DNA of 64,000 nucleotides from Owenia fusiformis (lineage: Eukaryota), in contig CAIIXF020000001.1 in the NCBI GenBank assembly GCA_903813345.2, positions 33,046,001 through 33,110,000 of the forward strand, read 5' to 3'. Made by a program: the position numbers and the translations under genes. Within the stretch, counting starts at the first letter, position 1. The number at the start of each line of letters is the position of its first letter. Below are positions 38,360-51,639 of this stretch, piece by piece. The notes under the pieces are model-generated. The model had not been told where the DNA came from, searched no databases, and saw nothing but the letters and a program-made list of their open reading frames with translations.

Positions 38360-39502
38360 ACATGATTTAAACTGAAAATCCAAAATGGCTGCCTTTACTT
38401 GCTAAACAGGACTTTACAGACAAGATTTTAAAACAGAAAATCTAAAATGACTGCCTTGACATTTACCCAGAATGCCAAAAAACCAATCAGATCTAGATTT
38501 TCATACTAAGAATCATCCCTGAAAATTTGAAATTGATCTACCAAACTGTTCACCAGAAAACATGTAAACAAGACTTTACAGACAAGATTTTAGGATGGAA
38601 AATCCAAAATGGCTGCCTTGACATTTACCCAGAATGCCCAAAAACTAATCAGATCTAGATTTTCATACGAAGAATCATCCCTGAAAATTTGAAATTGATC
38701 TACCAAACGGTTCACCTGGAAATGCGTACACAATACTTTACAGACAAGATTTTAGGACGGAAAATCAAAAATGGCTGCCTTGACATTTACCCAGAATGCC
38801 CAAAAACTAATCAGATCTAGATTTTCATACTAAGAATCATCCCTGAAAATTTGAAATTGAGCTACCAAACGGTTCACCTGAAAACGCGTAGACAAGACTA
38901 CAGACAAGATTTTAGGATGGAAAAATCCAAAATGGCCGACAATAAAAAAGTGATTATGAGTTTTTGCTGATTTCTTTTTACAAAATTATCACATATAACT
39001 ACTGTTAACAATAACATAGGCTTTTACAACAAATTACACCTGAAATTATTTATAAAGCTACTAAATAGTTAAAGTATGAAAACTGAAAAACACCATTCAA
39101 TATGATACAAAGTATTATCGCGCGCCAACTTTTCTTAAAACATTCAAAATGGCTGACATGACTGAGCTAACAGGTCCAAAACCTAATCAGATGTAGAATG
39201 AAGTGAGCTGAACAAAATATCAAAGTTTTAAAAGCAACTGTGAAGCCGTTTTTCTTAAAGTTTGCAGACAAGGATTTTAGCATTTGACTTCAAAATGGCC
39301 GACAGGAAGTAGGTATCGAGTTAAATTTTTTTATCCACATCTGTGTGCACTCATTAGTTTTCCCTGAAAATTTAAAGGTGATTTCTGTAGCAGTTTTGGA
39401 GAAAACTGCCAGACGTACGGACGGACGGTCGGACGGACGGACAGACAGACGGACGTGCCTAGGCCGACAATATGGCCTCACACTATGTGGTGGGGACATA
39501 AA
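38360..39502 (-). mobile_element. HINE-like element with ~170-bp tandem units in a PXYLP1 intron
   Basis: Three units of AAAATGGCTGCCTTGACATTTACCCAG; (GGAC)n at ~39410-39455; terminal stem near 39475-39500. Confidence 0.6.
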
Positions 39503-39534
39503 AATGATCTCCAAAAACTTATAAATGTACCTAC

Positions 39535-39598
39535 ACAAAATAATCAGAATAATATTGATGACAAACAGAAATCCTAAGAGCCTTTCCTTGTTCAACAT
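39535..39598 (-). CDS. PXYLP1: PXYLP1-like, first coding exon (type II signal anchor)
   Basis: MLNKERLLGFLFVINIILIIL hydrophobic anchor. Phase-1 donor T|gtaggt is compatible with the next exon. An upstream acceptor ttttccag at 39625 implies a further 5' UTR exon. Confidence 0.72.
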
Positions 39599-39646
39599 GT
39601 TCAATTTCCCTTGCGCCAAATATCCTGGAAAACAAGACACAAATAT

Positions 39647-41972
39647 AACTAGACATGTAAATTGAACAAGTTCAATTTAAGACTCCAGATTTCAAATTTT
39701 TTTTAAGCTGAGTCATCCAGAACTTGTAAGCTGAGTCATTCAGAATAAGCTGAGTCAGCTAGAATAGAGACATTTAGACAACTTTTAAGAAGGCTATCTT
39801 CGACTCTCAATTGGCTTAACCTTTACCATGCTGCCTTATTTCAGCAAATATATCCCACGCAACTGGCTTATTTTTCAAAGAGTGCAAAAAATGATATGCC
39901 TGGACTAAATAATTAATATCTCAATAACTACTGAATGAATCTGGATAAAATTTTCACAAAGGGAAGATACAGTGGCCTGGCTCATGAAAAAAAATGTTCT
40001 CATGAATTTATTCGTACATTAACACGACTGGGCATAAATATACCATGAATACTCCTCCGGAATCCGCCGCTCCGACTCTTCGTCTGGTCAGAATCCAAAT
40101 CTGAATTTGCAGCGATCGAATGTTCAATTTTTCAATTCAGAAAATATTCTAGTTTCTATTTTCGATGACCGTTATCGGCTTCCAAGAGCCTAAAGAGCTC
40201 GGAATCGTAATCCATTTCCTCCACATTTTCGTTGTGATCGTATTTGTCCACCATTTTGTACGATTCGTTCACTAAAAACGACTAAAACACTGTTTAAATT
40301 GTTGAATTGAGAATTATTTTTCGAAATATCGCCATTTCTAGGTCAACAGGAAGTCATGTTAGGCACTGAATAAATCGGGCAATCTAATTGGACAATACGA
40401 ATGGCGCGAAAAAGTAAAGTTTTTAAAAGTTTGAAATCGGGCGTACGGGTCCGCCGGCAGTTGTGAGAGACATCTTAGTCTCGGCGGACTCGTCCGCCGG
40501 CAGCACGCTAAAGGTTAATATGGGGATATCATCATATCGACTTTTCGAGACTTCAAACCACTATAACTATCTAACCAGAAGTTAGATCGAAATTTGGTTT
40601 AAAGATTCTGATTCCTGAGAAAATTCTACCTTAAATTCATAACTCATACGTTAAATTTGGAGAATTTTTTATTTTGACCTACATTTCGGACACCATATCT
40701 CAAAAGTGGGTCAAAAAACTTTCTGACGGCAAAGGCTAACACTATAAGCACACTCTTTGCTAACTGTATTCAAAATTTTGAAGCAAATCCTTAAAGTGTA
40801 ATGTCAGAATCGCAAAAATAAGGAAAAACTATGAATTTGACCTAGATTTTGACCTAGGCATTTTTGCGTCCAAATTTTAAAGCTAGATAGCCTTCGAGGT
40901 CCCCTCCTTTTATAGGCTTTTAGAATACTAAGCTGTACTTAGTCTATATCTGGTATTTTACATTTCAAAAAAATCCTTTTTCTCATTGACATAACATGGG
41001 GCACCAAATTTAGCGATTTTTGAGCTTTCAAAACGCCATAACTTTCGAACCGGAAGTCAGATCGAAATTTTGTTTGCAGATATGGATTCCTTAGAAAATT
41101 CTACCCTTAATTCATAACTCATACGTTGAATTTGGAGAACTTTTTATTTTGACCTACTTTTCTGACACCATATCTCAAAAGTGGGTCAAAATACTTCCTG
41201 ACGGCAAAAGGCTAACACTATTAACACACTCTTTGCTACCTGTCTACAAAATTTGGAAGCAAATCATTAAAGTGTAGTGTCAGAATCGCAAAAATAAGTT
41301 AAAACTATAAATTTGACCTAGATTTTGACCTAGGCATTTTGGTGTCCAAATTTTAAAGCTAGGTAGCTTTTGAGGTCCCCTTCGTTTATAGGCTTTCATT
41401 ATCTTAAGCTGTATTCAGTCTATATTTAGTATTTTACACAATCTTTTTTCCCATTGACTTAACATGGGGCACCAAATTTAGCGTTTTTTAGCTTTCAAAA
41501 TGCCATAACTTTCGAAATTTGGTTTGCAGATTTGGATTCCTGGAAAAATTCTACATCTTTTTCATAGCTCACACATTCAATTTGGAGGATGTTTAGTCGT
41601 GACCTACATTTCGGACGCCATATCTCAAAATCAGTAAGAGTAATCAAAATTCTGATGTCATATCTTTGATTCGCCTTTTTCTAAGCTACACAATGAAAAA
41701 AAGATAAAGGAGTTACGAAGAATATTGACGAAGATATGATGAAGAATGTTGAAAATGTAAGATTTGACCTAGTTCTTGACCTATGACCTAGATAAAAATT
41801 TGACCTAATTTCCCAGAAAGCCAGATACATTCCCTAGTCAACCATGTAGGTTGGATTAAGTAAGATGTTATAGTTGGAGAGAAAATCTGTTAGAAGGAAG
41901 AAAGAAAGAAAGAAAAAAGAATAAGAAAACAGGCAAAAACAATAGACTCCAGATTTTCAATCTGGAGTCTAA
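39647..41972. mobile_element. HINE-like element (second family) hosting a piggyBac-like MITE
   Basis: Start ACTAGAC..AATTGAACAAGTTCAATT..GACTCCAGATT; end hairpin AGACTCCAGATTTTCAATCTGGAGTCT; ~480-bp internal duplication. Confidence 0.6.
39820..40514. mobile_element. piggyBac-like MITE
   Basis: TTAA-CCTTTACCATGCTGCC ... GGCAGCACGCTAAAGG-TTAA. Confidence 0.75.
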
Positions 41973-42336
41973 TAAAAAGAAATATCACGCTAAGTCTGGT
42001 AGAGGCAGCTTTAGCAGAGTGTACACTGCTCTGGGAAAGCTGCTATTATATTCACTGTTTGAGAAACTTTGAAGGAAGATTACGCCTTGGACAATAGCCT
42101 CAACGGTAACACTTGGAGCCTATAAGCCAGGTTCTTTCCAGTAGCCATTTTAGTAGTGCGAGTTTAGGGCTTTGTATAAAAACCTCAAACCCATGTATAC
42201 CCATGTACAATACAAACTTTTAAGGGTTAAATTTTTTTAATTAATGGTTTTGTAAGTGGATTTGCTAATTGGAATTCTCACGCGGTACTAACTCATCGGG
42301 GCGTAGCGAAACCAAAATGTCCCGCAAAACCATTAA

Positions 42337-43149
42337 TTTGAATTTCAAACCTACCCTTTCTTTGTAAAATCAATGATTGTGAGTCTCATAGAACACCGTT
42401 TTTCTTCAAATTTGTTCCATTAAAACCTTCACAGAAATACCTTTCGGTCGAGACATTGCTTTTGTGTACAGAGTCACTCGTTTTAGCGGCGTTTTGGTCC
42501 CCAGATGTAAGAAGATGCAAATCCTCAGAGATTTCAACCAAAAGCCTCGATATATCGCCAGTTCTTTTATTATTCTCCCCTATATTTTGCACAGGGACTC
42601 CCATTACAAACCCTCCATCTCTGCATCAACATATTTATTACATTAAACGCACCAATTTCCAAAAATCCCACGCATCTGTTCGAAATTGATCAAAACGCCT
42701 GTTCTCTTCGAAAACGCCCCGTTGGATCTATACACCTTATCTATACACGTTTGTAGTCATGTGACTCTGTGGGGTGTTTTGGAAGACAACGTTGTGTTTT
42801 GGTCAATTTCTAACGGTTGCGTAGGACTTTTTTTAAATTGCTGCGTTTAATGTAATAAATATGTTGATGCAGCGATGGAGGGTTGTAATGGGAGTCCTTG
42901 TGCAAAATATAGGGGAGAATAGAACTGGCGATATATCAAGGCTTTTGGTTGAAATCTCTGAAGATTTGCATCTTCTCACATCTGGGGACCAAAACGCCGC
43001 TAAAACGATGGACTTTGTAAACAAAGACAATGTCTCGACCGAAAGGAATTTCTGTGAAGGTTTTAATGGAACAAGTTTGAAGAAAAACGGTGTAGTGTGT
43101 GACTCACAATCATCGATTTTCCAAAGACAGGATAGATTTGAAATTCAAA
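42337..43149. repeat. Long inverted repeat (foldback/MITE), ~350-bp arms
   Basis: 42337-~42700 is the reverse complement of ~42790-43149, which explains the mirrored ORFs in the track. Confidence 0.85.
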
Positions 43150-44980
43150 CTAGACTTTGGAAATTGAACAAGTTCAATTTCAGACTCCAGATTTAGACCT
43201 TTTTTAGCCGAGTCATCCAGAATAAGCCGAGTCATCCAGAATAAGCTGAGTCATCCAGAAAAAGATGGATGGATAAAATAGGAAGGTAGGATAGGATAGA
43301 ATAAGAAGGAACAATAGGATAGAATAAGAAAGAAGGGTAGGATAGAACAGAATAGGAAGAAAGGATATGATAGGAGAGGATAGGAAGGATAGGAAGGAAA
43401 AGATACGAAGGAAGGAAGGATAGGATAGGATCAGATAGGAAGGATGGATGAATTTTTCAATATTTTCTTCTCTACTCTTGACTTTCTATCAGGATACCAT
43501 CAGATCGATTTTCGGAAATTTCAAAACGCCATAACTTCCGAACCTGCAGTCGGATCGAAATTTGATTTAAAGATTCGGATTCCTGACAAAATTCTACCCC
43601 TAATTCATAACTCATAAATTAAATTTGGCGAATTTTTATTTTGACCTACTTTTCGGACACGCAATAACTTCGGAACCGGAAGTCGGATCGAAATTTGGTT
43701 TGCAGATTCGGATTTCTGAGAAAATTTTACTCTAATTCATAACTCAAACGTTAAATTTGGAGAACTTTTTATTTTGACCTACTTTTCTGACACCATATCT
43801 CAAAAGTGGGTCAAAATACTTTCTGACGGCAAAAGGCTAACGCTATTAGCACACTCTTGGCTACATGTATACACAATTTCGAGGAATATAATTAAAGTGT
43901 AGTGTCAAAATCGCAAAAATAAGGAAAAACTTTGGATTTGACCTAGATTTTGACCTAGGTATTTTGGTGTCAAAATTTTGAAGCTAGATGGCTTTTAAAA
44001 GCTTTCATTAAATTAAGCTGAACTCTGTCTATATTTCGTATTTCTCACTTCAGAAAATTTTTTTTCCCATTGACTTAACATGGGCACCAAATTTAGCGAT
44101 TTTTGAGCTTTTAAAACGACATAACTTCCGAACCGGAAGTCGGATCAAAATTTGGTTTGCAGATTCGGATTTCTGACAAAGTTCTACCCCTAATTCATAA
44201 CTCATACATTGAATTTGGAGTACTTTTTTGTGTGACCTACTTTCCGGACGCCATATTTCAAAATCGGAAAGAGTAATCAAAAACGATTTGCCGTACGGAA
44301 TTAGCTTTGTTTCCAAGGAACATGATGAAAAAAAGATCGAGAAAAAATATTGAAGAACGACTGAGAAAATTGGTAAAATGATGAAAATACAAGATTTGAC
44401 CTTGTTCTTGACCTTTGACCTAGATGAAAAATTGACCCAATTTCCGAGAAACTAGATACTGGACCTAAATTGACTGTATAAAGGACTTGACTCAATGTCT
44501 TCTAGTTATTGAGAAAACGTGTAGAGAAAAATAATAATAACTAGACTTTGGAAATTGAACAAGTTCAATTTCAGACTCCAGATTTAGACCTTTTTTAGCC
44601 GAGTCATCCAGAATAAGCCGAGTCATCCAGAATAAGCTGAGTCATCCAGAAAAGATGGATGGATAAAATAGGAAGGTAGGATAGGATAGAATAGGAAGGA
44701 ACGATAGGATAGAATAAGAAAGAAGGATAGGATAGAACAGAATAGGAAGAAAGGATATGATAGGGGAGGATAGGAAGGAAAAGATACGAAGGATAGATAG
44801 AATGGATAGGATAGGATAGGATAGGAGCAGATAGGAAGGATGGATGAATTTTTCAATATTTTCTTCTCTACTCTTGACTTTCTATCAGGATACCATCAGA
44901 TCGATTTTCCGAAATTTCAAAACGCAATAACTTCCGAACCGGGAGTCGGATCGAAATTTGATTTAAAGGTTCGGATTCTT
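43149..44980. mobile_element. Two tandem copies (second truncated) of the 39647-family element, each with a purine-rich (GGATA)n tract
   Basis: AACTAGACTTTGGAAATTGAACAAGTTCAATTTC at 43149 and 44539; (GGATA/GGAA)n at 43265-43450 and 44655-44845. Confidence 0.7.
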
Positions 44981-45420
44981 TTCTTTACCGAATCTATTGT
45001 TATTGGTTATGGGGTTCAGTCGCATTCCTCTGGCTACACTTATGGATGATAAACCAGTCATCAAAGCAACGAGCAGTCTCACGACCCGACCCTACATGTA
45101 CATATCAACAATCAACAGGCAACTAATATCTTAATAACTCATGACAAGGAAGTTTGTAGGTTTATATTCATAATTAACCTCTTATGGGTTTTATTTTTCC
45201 AAAATATCATATGGCAATCGTGACTGGATTATTAGCAGGAAATAACCCTAATTGACATAACCTTACAACCAACTAGAAAAATAATCTCATAACAAATGGC
45301 TCAATATTTTCCGAAACAGGTTTCATTTCTTATCACAGTTCAGTGCAGTTTTATTAGAGGCAATTCATTTTGTAAACAGAATGTATTTAGGTAACCGTTC
45401 CACAAATCATCTTACCTTAC

Positions 45421-45562
45421 CAAGGAACATCGAGGGAGCATGAAAATGTCCTCTTCTTGCATCGTTAGAGTATGATAAAGCTCAAACCATAGTTTCTGAT
45501 AAATATTTCATGTCTACCATTTTTCTTGCCGGAACTACTTCTAGACTTCCTGTTATCCTCAT
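45421..45562 (-). promoter_or_regulatory. Candidate promoter and non-coding first exon of PXYLP1
   Basis: On the minus strand an ETS-like ACAGGAAGT and a YY1-like AAAATGG are followed by a strong donor G|gtaaggtaag at 45420. It lies upstream of the acceptor at 39625. Confidence 0.4.
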
Positions 45563-46133
45563 ATAAGTTTTTGTGACTTCACCAAGTCGGCATGGATTAT
45601 CACTAGCATACTTTATATATAACAGTATAATAATCATTATAGATACATAATTGATGTTTTTTAAATGTAAACAATGGATACATGAGTGAGGATTATTTTG
45701 GACTAGAAAATAGTTCCAGCAAACAAAATGGTGGACATGAAATATTTAGAATTTACTTTGGTTTGAGCTTTATTATACTCTTACAATGCATGAAGTACAT
45801 ATTTTAATGCTCCTTTAGTGTTCCTTGGTAAGGTAAGATGATTTGTGGAAATTTTGGAGTCTTACAAATGTGTCTCCATTGCAATCCTACTCCTTGAAAT
45901 TTTAAAAATTTATCCTCACTTCACCGTCTCCATGCAAGCTTTAGGGACCCATGCACCTCCAATTCAGCATTAAAAAAAATGCGTTTAAATGTGAAGCTTT
46001 CTTTGACATGTCTCTTTAGTCAGGAAATGCATTCACATATAAGGAACAAAGAAAACAAAATCTTGTGACTTAGTCAAAAAAATATGCCTGCCATTTTTTT
46101 GTACTTTCGATTACCTTAAGCGTCACCTTAATA

Positions 46134-46632
46134 CAGGCCTGTCAACTGTCCCGCAATTTGCGTATTTGTCACGCATTTGCTGAAGAATTTGAAGTCACGC
46201 CAGTTTTTTTTGCGTGACACAAAATGTCACGCAAATACGCATTTTACCGGTTAATTGTCACGCAAATATGTTTCTGTAAAAAAATTTTCAAAATATGTTT
46301 ATGATACGGTAAAAATACGAACGTCGGAAAAAAACGAACGCAATTTGTTCGGATTTGTCACGGGAATCCCGTATATGTCACGCATGTTCATTGGAAATTT
46401 TCGTACCTACCCCCCCCCCAACCCCGCAACCCCCGTTAACGATATCGCGAGCGTAGCGAGCGCGAAAAATTTGAGGTGATAAAAGTTTAGCAAAGGTGCT
46501 CAAACTTTGGCCAAAGGTGTTTAAAAGTTGGCCAAAGGTGTTCAAAATTTGGACAAAAGTGTTCAGATTTGGACTTCGGTGTCCAACATTTGTAAGTCAC
46601 TCATATTAGGTGGTCCCAAGTTGACAGCCCTG
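46134..46632. mobile_element. MITE with CAG..CTG termini and apparent 6-bp TSD
   Basis: CAGGCCTGTCAAC ... GTTGACAGCCCTG; TTAATA on both sides; subterminal GTCACGC repeats. Confidence 0.7.
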
Positions 46633-46746
46633 TTAATATTACTTGAGACTTAAAACATATGATGGTCCCAGATATTACTATCCATGTATTGTGGTTGTAA
46701 ATCGCAAAAAAACATCAGGAAATTTAAGCCAGCCAGCCTTTGAGGG

Positions 46747-47671
46747 GGGTTTGTTATCCCGGTCGACCAGGTACCTAACGTTCCTAGCAGGGTTACCAAC
46801 TTTCATAGTTCCACATTTCCCCCGATATATAGTAGCGAATTGACTTGACAGACTTAGCCTACCGAGTGCACTGCTGTTCGATATTTTTACCCTATACGAG
46901 ACAGAGCACTTTTTAAAATAATCGATCAGCTAACAGTGACGTCCATGTCACGTTGCTCATAAGTAGCATATAAGTTCCTAGAAGACGTTGCACATTTTCG
47001 TTCTATACACATCGAGGCAACGTAAACATGAGACATCTATTGATGGTATAAAAAGAACGTTGTTGTAACGTTTCCGTAAAGTTTGTTAGTGTGGAAAACA
47101 TAACAAACAGGAACGTTTGATTTTTTAATATATTGGTCCATATGTGACGTAACTCAAATGTTATAATTAAACATTGTCAAAACAGGGTTTTAATATCCAA
47201 TATTTGTTGGTAGAAAAAAACATGACAAAAACTTTATGTTCTCACTAAGTCGGTTCATTTCCGACGTATTGTTAACGTTAAAATTTAACGTTGTCGAAAC
47301 GTTTTTTCGATTTGAAATAACCTCAAAACGTGACGTCAATAATGACGTTCATGGACCGTATTGATCTGACGTTATTTAAATATTCAGCAAAACATCTATG
47401 GATGGTTGAATTTCAACATTGTGGAAATGGCTTCAAAATATTTGTGAGTTAAGGAAACGTTACAAAGACATCATATGTTCTCACTAAATCGGTTCATTAC
47501 TGACCTTATTTTAACGTTAAAAGTTTAAAGTTCTTACGATGTGAAATAACCTCAAAACGTGACGTCGAAAATAACGTACATGTATCGTCCAGATCCAACG
47601 TTATAAATAAAAAAATCCTAACCCTGCTAGGAACGTTAAGTACCCGGTCACTCGATTTTTTACACAAACCC
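46747..47671. mobile_element. Mutator-like non-autonomous element
   Basis: GGGTTTGT..ACAAACCC termini; inverted TAACGTTCCTAGCAGGGTTA; 9-bp TSD CTTTGAGGG. Confidence 0.7.
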
Positions 47672-47811
47672 CTTTGAGGGTAAGTCAGATCATTGTAGCG
47701 TCAATGGCTCAAAATATCTATTGAGCTACTACTGATATAAAAAGAAATAGAAAGAACAATTTCAAAACTGGGTCCGCAAAAGAATGATGTATAATCTAGA
47801 CACAGAAAAAA

Positions 47812-48064
47812 TGCGACCGATAGCGGGAATCGAACCAGCACCACATGCGCAGCAGTTGATGACGCTAAACACTACACTAGCAGTGAACGAATCGAAACGG
47901 AACTAATGTATTTACTTTTGAAAATGGGCAGTCTCCCTGTAAGATTCGATCCCGCAAAAGAAGCACTATGCCCCCCTCAAAAGAAAAAGATAGGATTATG
48001 ACGGGATTCGAATTCGGTACCATGTGTGTACTAGTCGTGCTCGCTAACCACTAGGCCACCAGTG
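47812..48064 (-). pseudogene. Two decayed tRNA-derived units (SINE head-like)
   Basis: Minus-strand A boxes TAGTGTAGTGTTTAG and TGGCCTAGTGGTTAG, with B boxes GGTTCGATTCC and ATTCGAATCC at tRNA-like spacing; the stems do not pair. Confidence 0.5.
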
Positions 48065-48249
48065 ATGAGATGATTAAGAAGGTAAAACTAGTGGCTACAT
48101 TTTTGAAATTGTCGGCTCTCTAGCAAATCCACTTAATAGCCACTTGCGTACCGTATAGAGTGGCGACAATTGTCCGTACCCCAGCAAATACCTACTGTAC
48201 AGTCTTCAGTACCGACAATTGTTGGTCCTGGAGCCACTCCGTACCTTAA

Positions 48250-51249
48250 AGGGAATGCGAAGTTTCATGTTCTAATTTACACGCTGGCTACTTATAACCA
48301 TCATCTATCACTTCAATTCACTCATGGGATATATCGTGTTTGAATAACATATAATTCAAGTTCAAAGTACCCATATCTGGATCGCTGCGGATGCCGCCAT
48401 TGTTATGTATCAATGACGTCATTGATGCCTTAAAATTGATGCCTGGGAAATGTCGCTATATAATCACGTCATACTCGGATCGCAGAAATAGAACACATTT
48501 CACTGATATTTTATAACTATTTCTGTCCGCTTAACATTGTTGCCGCATGTTCATGTCCATATCATATCATATATTTGGAAAAGTTGTTTCAATATATTCT
48601 TCATAGCAATTGAATTGTTGCAATGTAATTTTTCAAATGTTTGTATTTATTTTCTCCAATGTGATATAGTATAGGCTAGGTAGAAAAATCACTAAACTTA
48701 TGAGATACCGGCTGCGCGATTCGGAAGTCATCGCATTATATTCCACTTGAAAAATATCCACTAGATTTATTTTATATAATGATAACACTGGGTCAAAAAG
48801 GATAAATCTGTTCAAATCCTGTAAATGCTTTCTTGTATATTTTACCAATAAATGAGGTAAATGCATTAAAATATACAAAATGGCATTTACACATAAATGC
48901 TACCCTGCGTGCAGAGTCTAAACTGAAGACGAAGCTCTCTTTTAAGAAGTTAAGTCAAACGAATGCAAAGGGTACATAAATGCATTACTGTGCATCAATT
49001 GGGATTTATTTAACTAAGATTAATGTGGCTAATGTGTTGGCGTATTTGTGGTAAAAATAAGTACATGTAAGTTATATCATCGGCTGAACGCATCCAACAA
49101 ATAATTGCATTTACCATATTTATGTAAATACACGACATACCATTTAAAATATCAAAATCTATGCTAATGTTCATTAATGCGCTGATGAGCATTTACGGCA
49201 CATCATTATTAACCTTAAGGTATACGTCGGCAAATAGGCATACTGCCGCAATTGCTTTCTTACCTAATCATAAATGGTAGATTTTTTCAATCTGTAGTAT
49301 TCTATTCAAATATGTATAGGTGCATGAATAGGGGCATATTGGAGAATGAAAGAAACAAAACAAAAAGTAGTAATCCAATGAAACAGTAACTCCCTAAAGT
49401 GTTTAGCCATTTAAATTCTGATGAAAAACGCAAACGAAAAATCGATGTCGTCTAAATGATACGTAGGGTGTAAATGTCAATCTCCTAAATATTAAGATTG
49501 GCAAAAGCTTTACAAGGACATGCCACTGTCATATTTTTTTAAAGAATAATACGTAATGTTTAATTTTTCTCAGTTGTTAAACGACCAATTTCAATCATCA
49601 TATCACCGTAGCGACATTCGATATGACAAAAAGCTTATTTTGCGTATTTCACCTTAGATCATGACAAGAGAAGGCTCATAACATTCAATGATGCGGGGAG
49701 ACGATGGGGTCGATTGTAGTATGATATTTCATTTCAACGACGATAAGGCAATTGCCGTATTGATAGTACGCCAATAGTTTAATATTCATTTTATTATATA
49801 TATTTATCTTTTGTTAAAACAATTACTGATTTCGAGCTCGAATTATATTATATAACATCCATGGTAAGTACAGTTCTACAGCATTTTCGAAATAATGATT
49901 TTCAATTTAATGGCATACAACCTTTTGTTTTTCTATATCGGAAAATAAGTGGAACTTTAAAAGCTTCAGTCACATTTGTTCAATGCGACCACACGTCGAT
50001 CGTATTTCCCTGAAATCAGTAAATTTCTGCGGCAAGCATAGGAAAACTACAGTCGACTTAAGGTCACCTTGTTATCTGCGTACACGACATATCCAGTTTT
50101 TACAAGGCGTAGAGTCGGAGTTATAACTTTTTCTTTCCTGTGGTCATCATAGATATCAACAAGCAGCAGCCAAACCGTAGGTCTCACGACGGCCGTACGT
50201 CGGGTTCACGGTCGACTTGCGGCTGCGCTTGGAATTCATAGGTTCCAATTGACCTTTCCGAACCGAACCCCTTGTGGATGCCTTCAAGAAAAACTACGCA
50301 CGTCGTAGGGCCACCCTACGCTGATCGTGCGTCATCATTTACCAGCTGTACGGGAATCGTAGTTTTTCCTCATAATCAAGATACGCCGTACGGCTATCTT
50401 AGCAAATGTGACTGCTAAATTATCTGACTACAGAAACGCTTAGGCAACCGTAGAAATCCTACTTACCACAGAAATGATAGACGGTACCGTCCCCGTAAAA
50501 ATGTAACGTGAGGCTAAGAATCCATGATAGTAATTGAATACGGTTTTAAAATTTAATTTTAAAATTTTGATTTCTTTGAATACCTGTGTTAAAGATAAAC
50601 ATAAATGCAATGAATATTAAAGTACGAACACGTATTTTTGTAATGAGACTAGCAAATTAAACTATTGCATTCTTGGAAATTCAAGATGGGTTGGTTGAAT
50701 TAATTTTATTATGTTTTATTCTAATAGTTTGCATTCGCCTGATAGAATTAGCATTCTCTGTTCGCATTTAGGCTAATAAAAGTTAAAAAGTCACGAATCC
50801 CAGATTGTTTCAAGTGTAAATAAAGAATAAATCTAACCTGCATTTCATGTCTAGATAGGTAAAAAGCAATTCCGAAAATGCCGGCTTTAATATTCTATTG
50901 AAATCGTTCTTTATTATGGGTGGGATATACGTATTCTTTTAGTTCCTTTGAAATGATTTCTTTGGTTTTGGAATGGCAACAACTCGGCATTCATTTTTTG
51001 ATTCAAAAATGGCGCCACAAAACTTTTGGAATGCCAAGGCATCAATCTGGCATCAATGACGTCATAACAATGTCGTAAAGAACCACTTTACGGTTGAAAT
51101 GGCAGCTCCGTGGTCCAGTTCATATGCAAAACCCGGGGCTCAATAACAATTAAAAGGATAGTGATATAACAATAAAACTAAGTTGGATTGAAAGATATAT
51201 CTTTATTCTAACTTATTATCAAGTTAAGGGACAAAACTTCGCATTCCCT
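48250..51249. mobile_element. 3.0-kb non-autonomous Kolobok-like element
   Basis: Perfect TIR AGGGAATGCGAAGTTT with TTAA on both sides; inverted subterminal GGCATCAATGACGTCAT blocks; no long ORF. Confidence 0.75.
49962..50515. mobile_element. GC-richer nested MITE with Harbinger-like termini
   Basis: AGCTTCAGTCACATTT ... AAATGTAACGTGAGGCT imperfect TIRs; many TACG/CGTA motifs. Confidence 0.4.
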
Positions 51250-51639
51250 TTAACGGGGGGGGTGGGGTGTATAGGGATATTGTATATCGTATAAGAGGCT
51301 GGAAATTTATCGTATATTGTATAAGAGGGGGCAAAATTTATCGTATATGGTAAAGAGGTGTAAAAAATATGGTATATGGTATATAGAAATATATGGTATA
51401 TGGTATCTAAAGAATTAAAAAAGGCTAATCATGACGAAATTGTACCCTAAAGTTCCCAATTGTGCCAACTCTCTTACTGTTACCGTGTTGGAAAACATGG
51501 AAAAGTAGTCTCTCTAATTGGTTCCACATCCCATGTCAATCAATACTGTAAGTTTAGAGAAAATCACTCTCAAACTAAGAGTTTTGTGCCCTTTTCATTC
51601 AAATTTTCACAGGTGGTGTTAAATACATTCTCGAATAAG

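Noticed and set aside
42386..43196. Paired similar ORFs on opposite strands
   Set aside because: They are a by-product of the inverted repeat; the frames are not conserved between arms.
47812..48064. Functional tRNA genes
   Set aside because: The acceptor and anticodon stems do not pair; only the promoter boxes remain.
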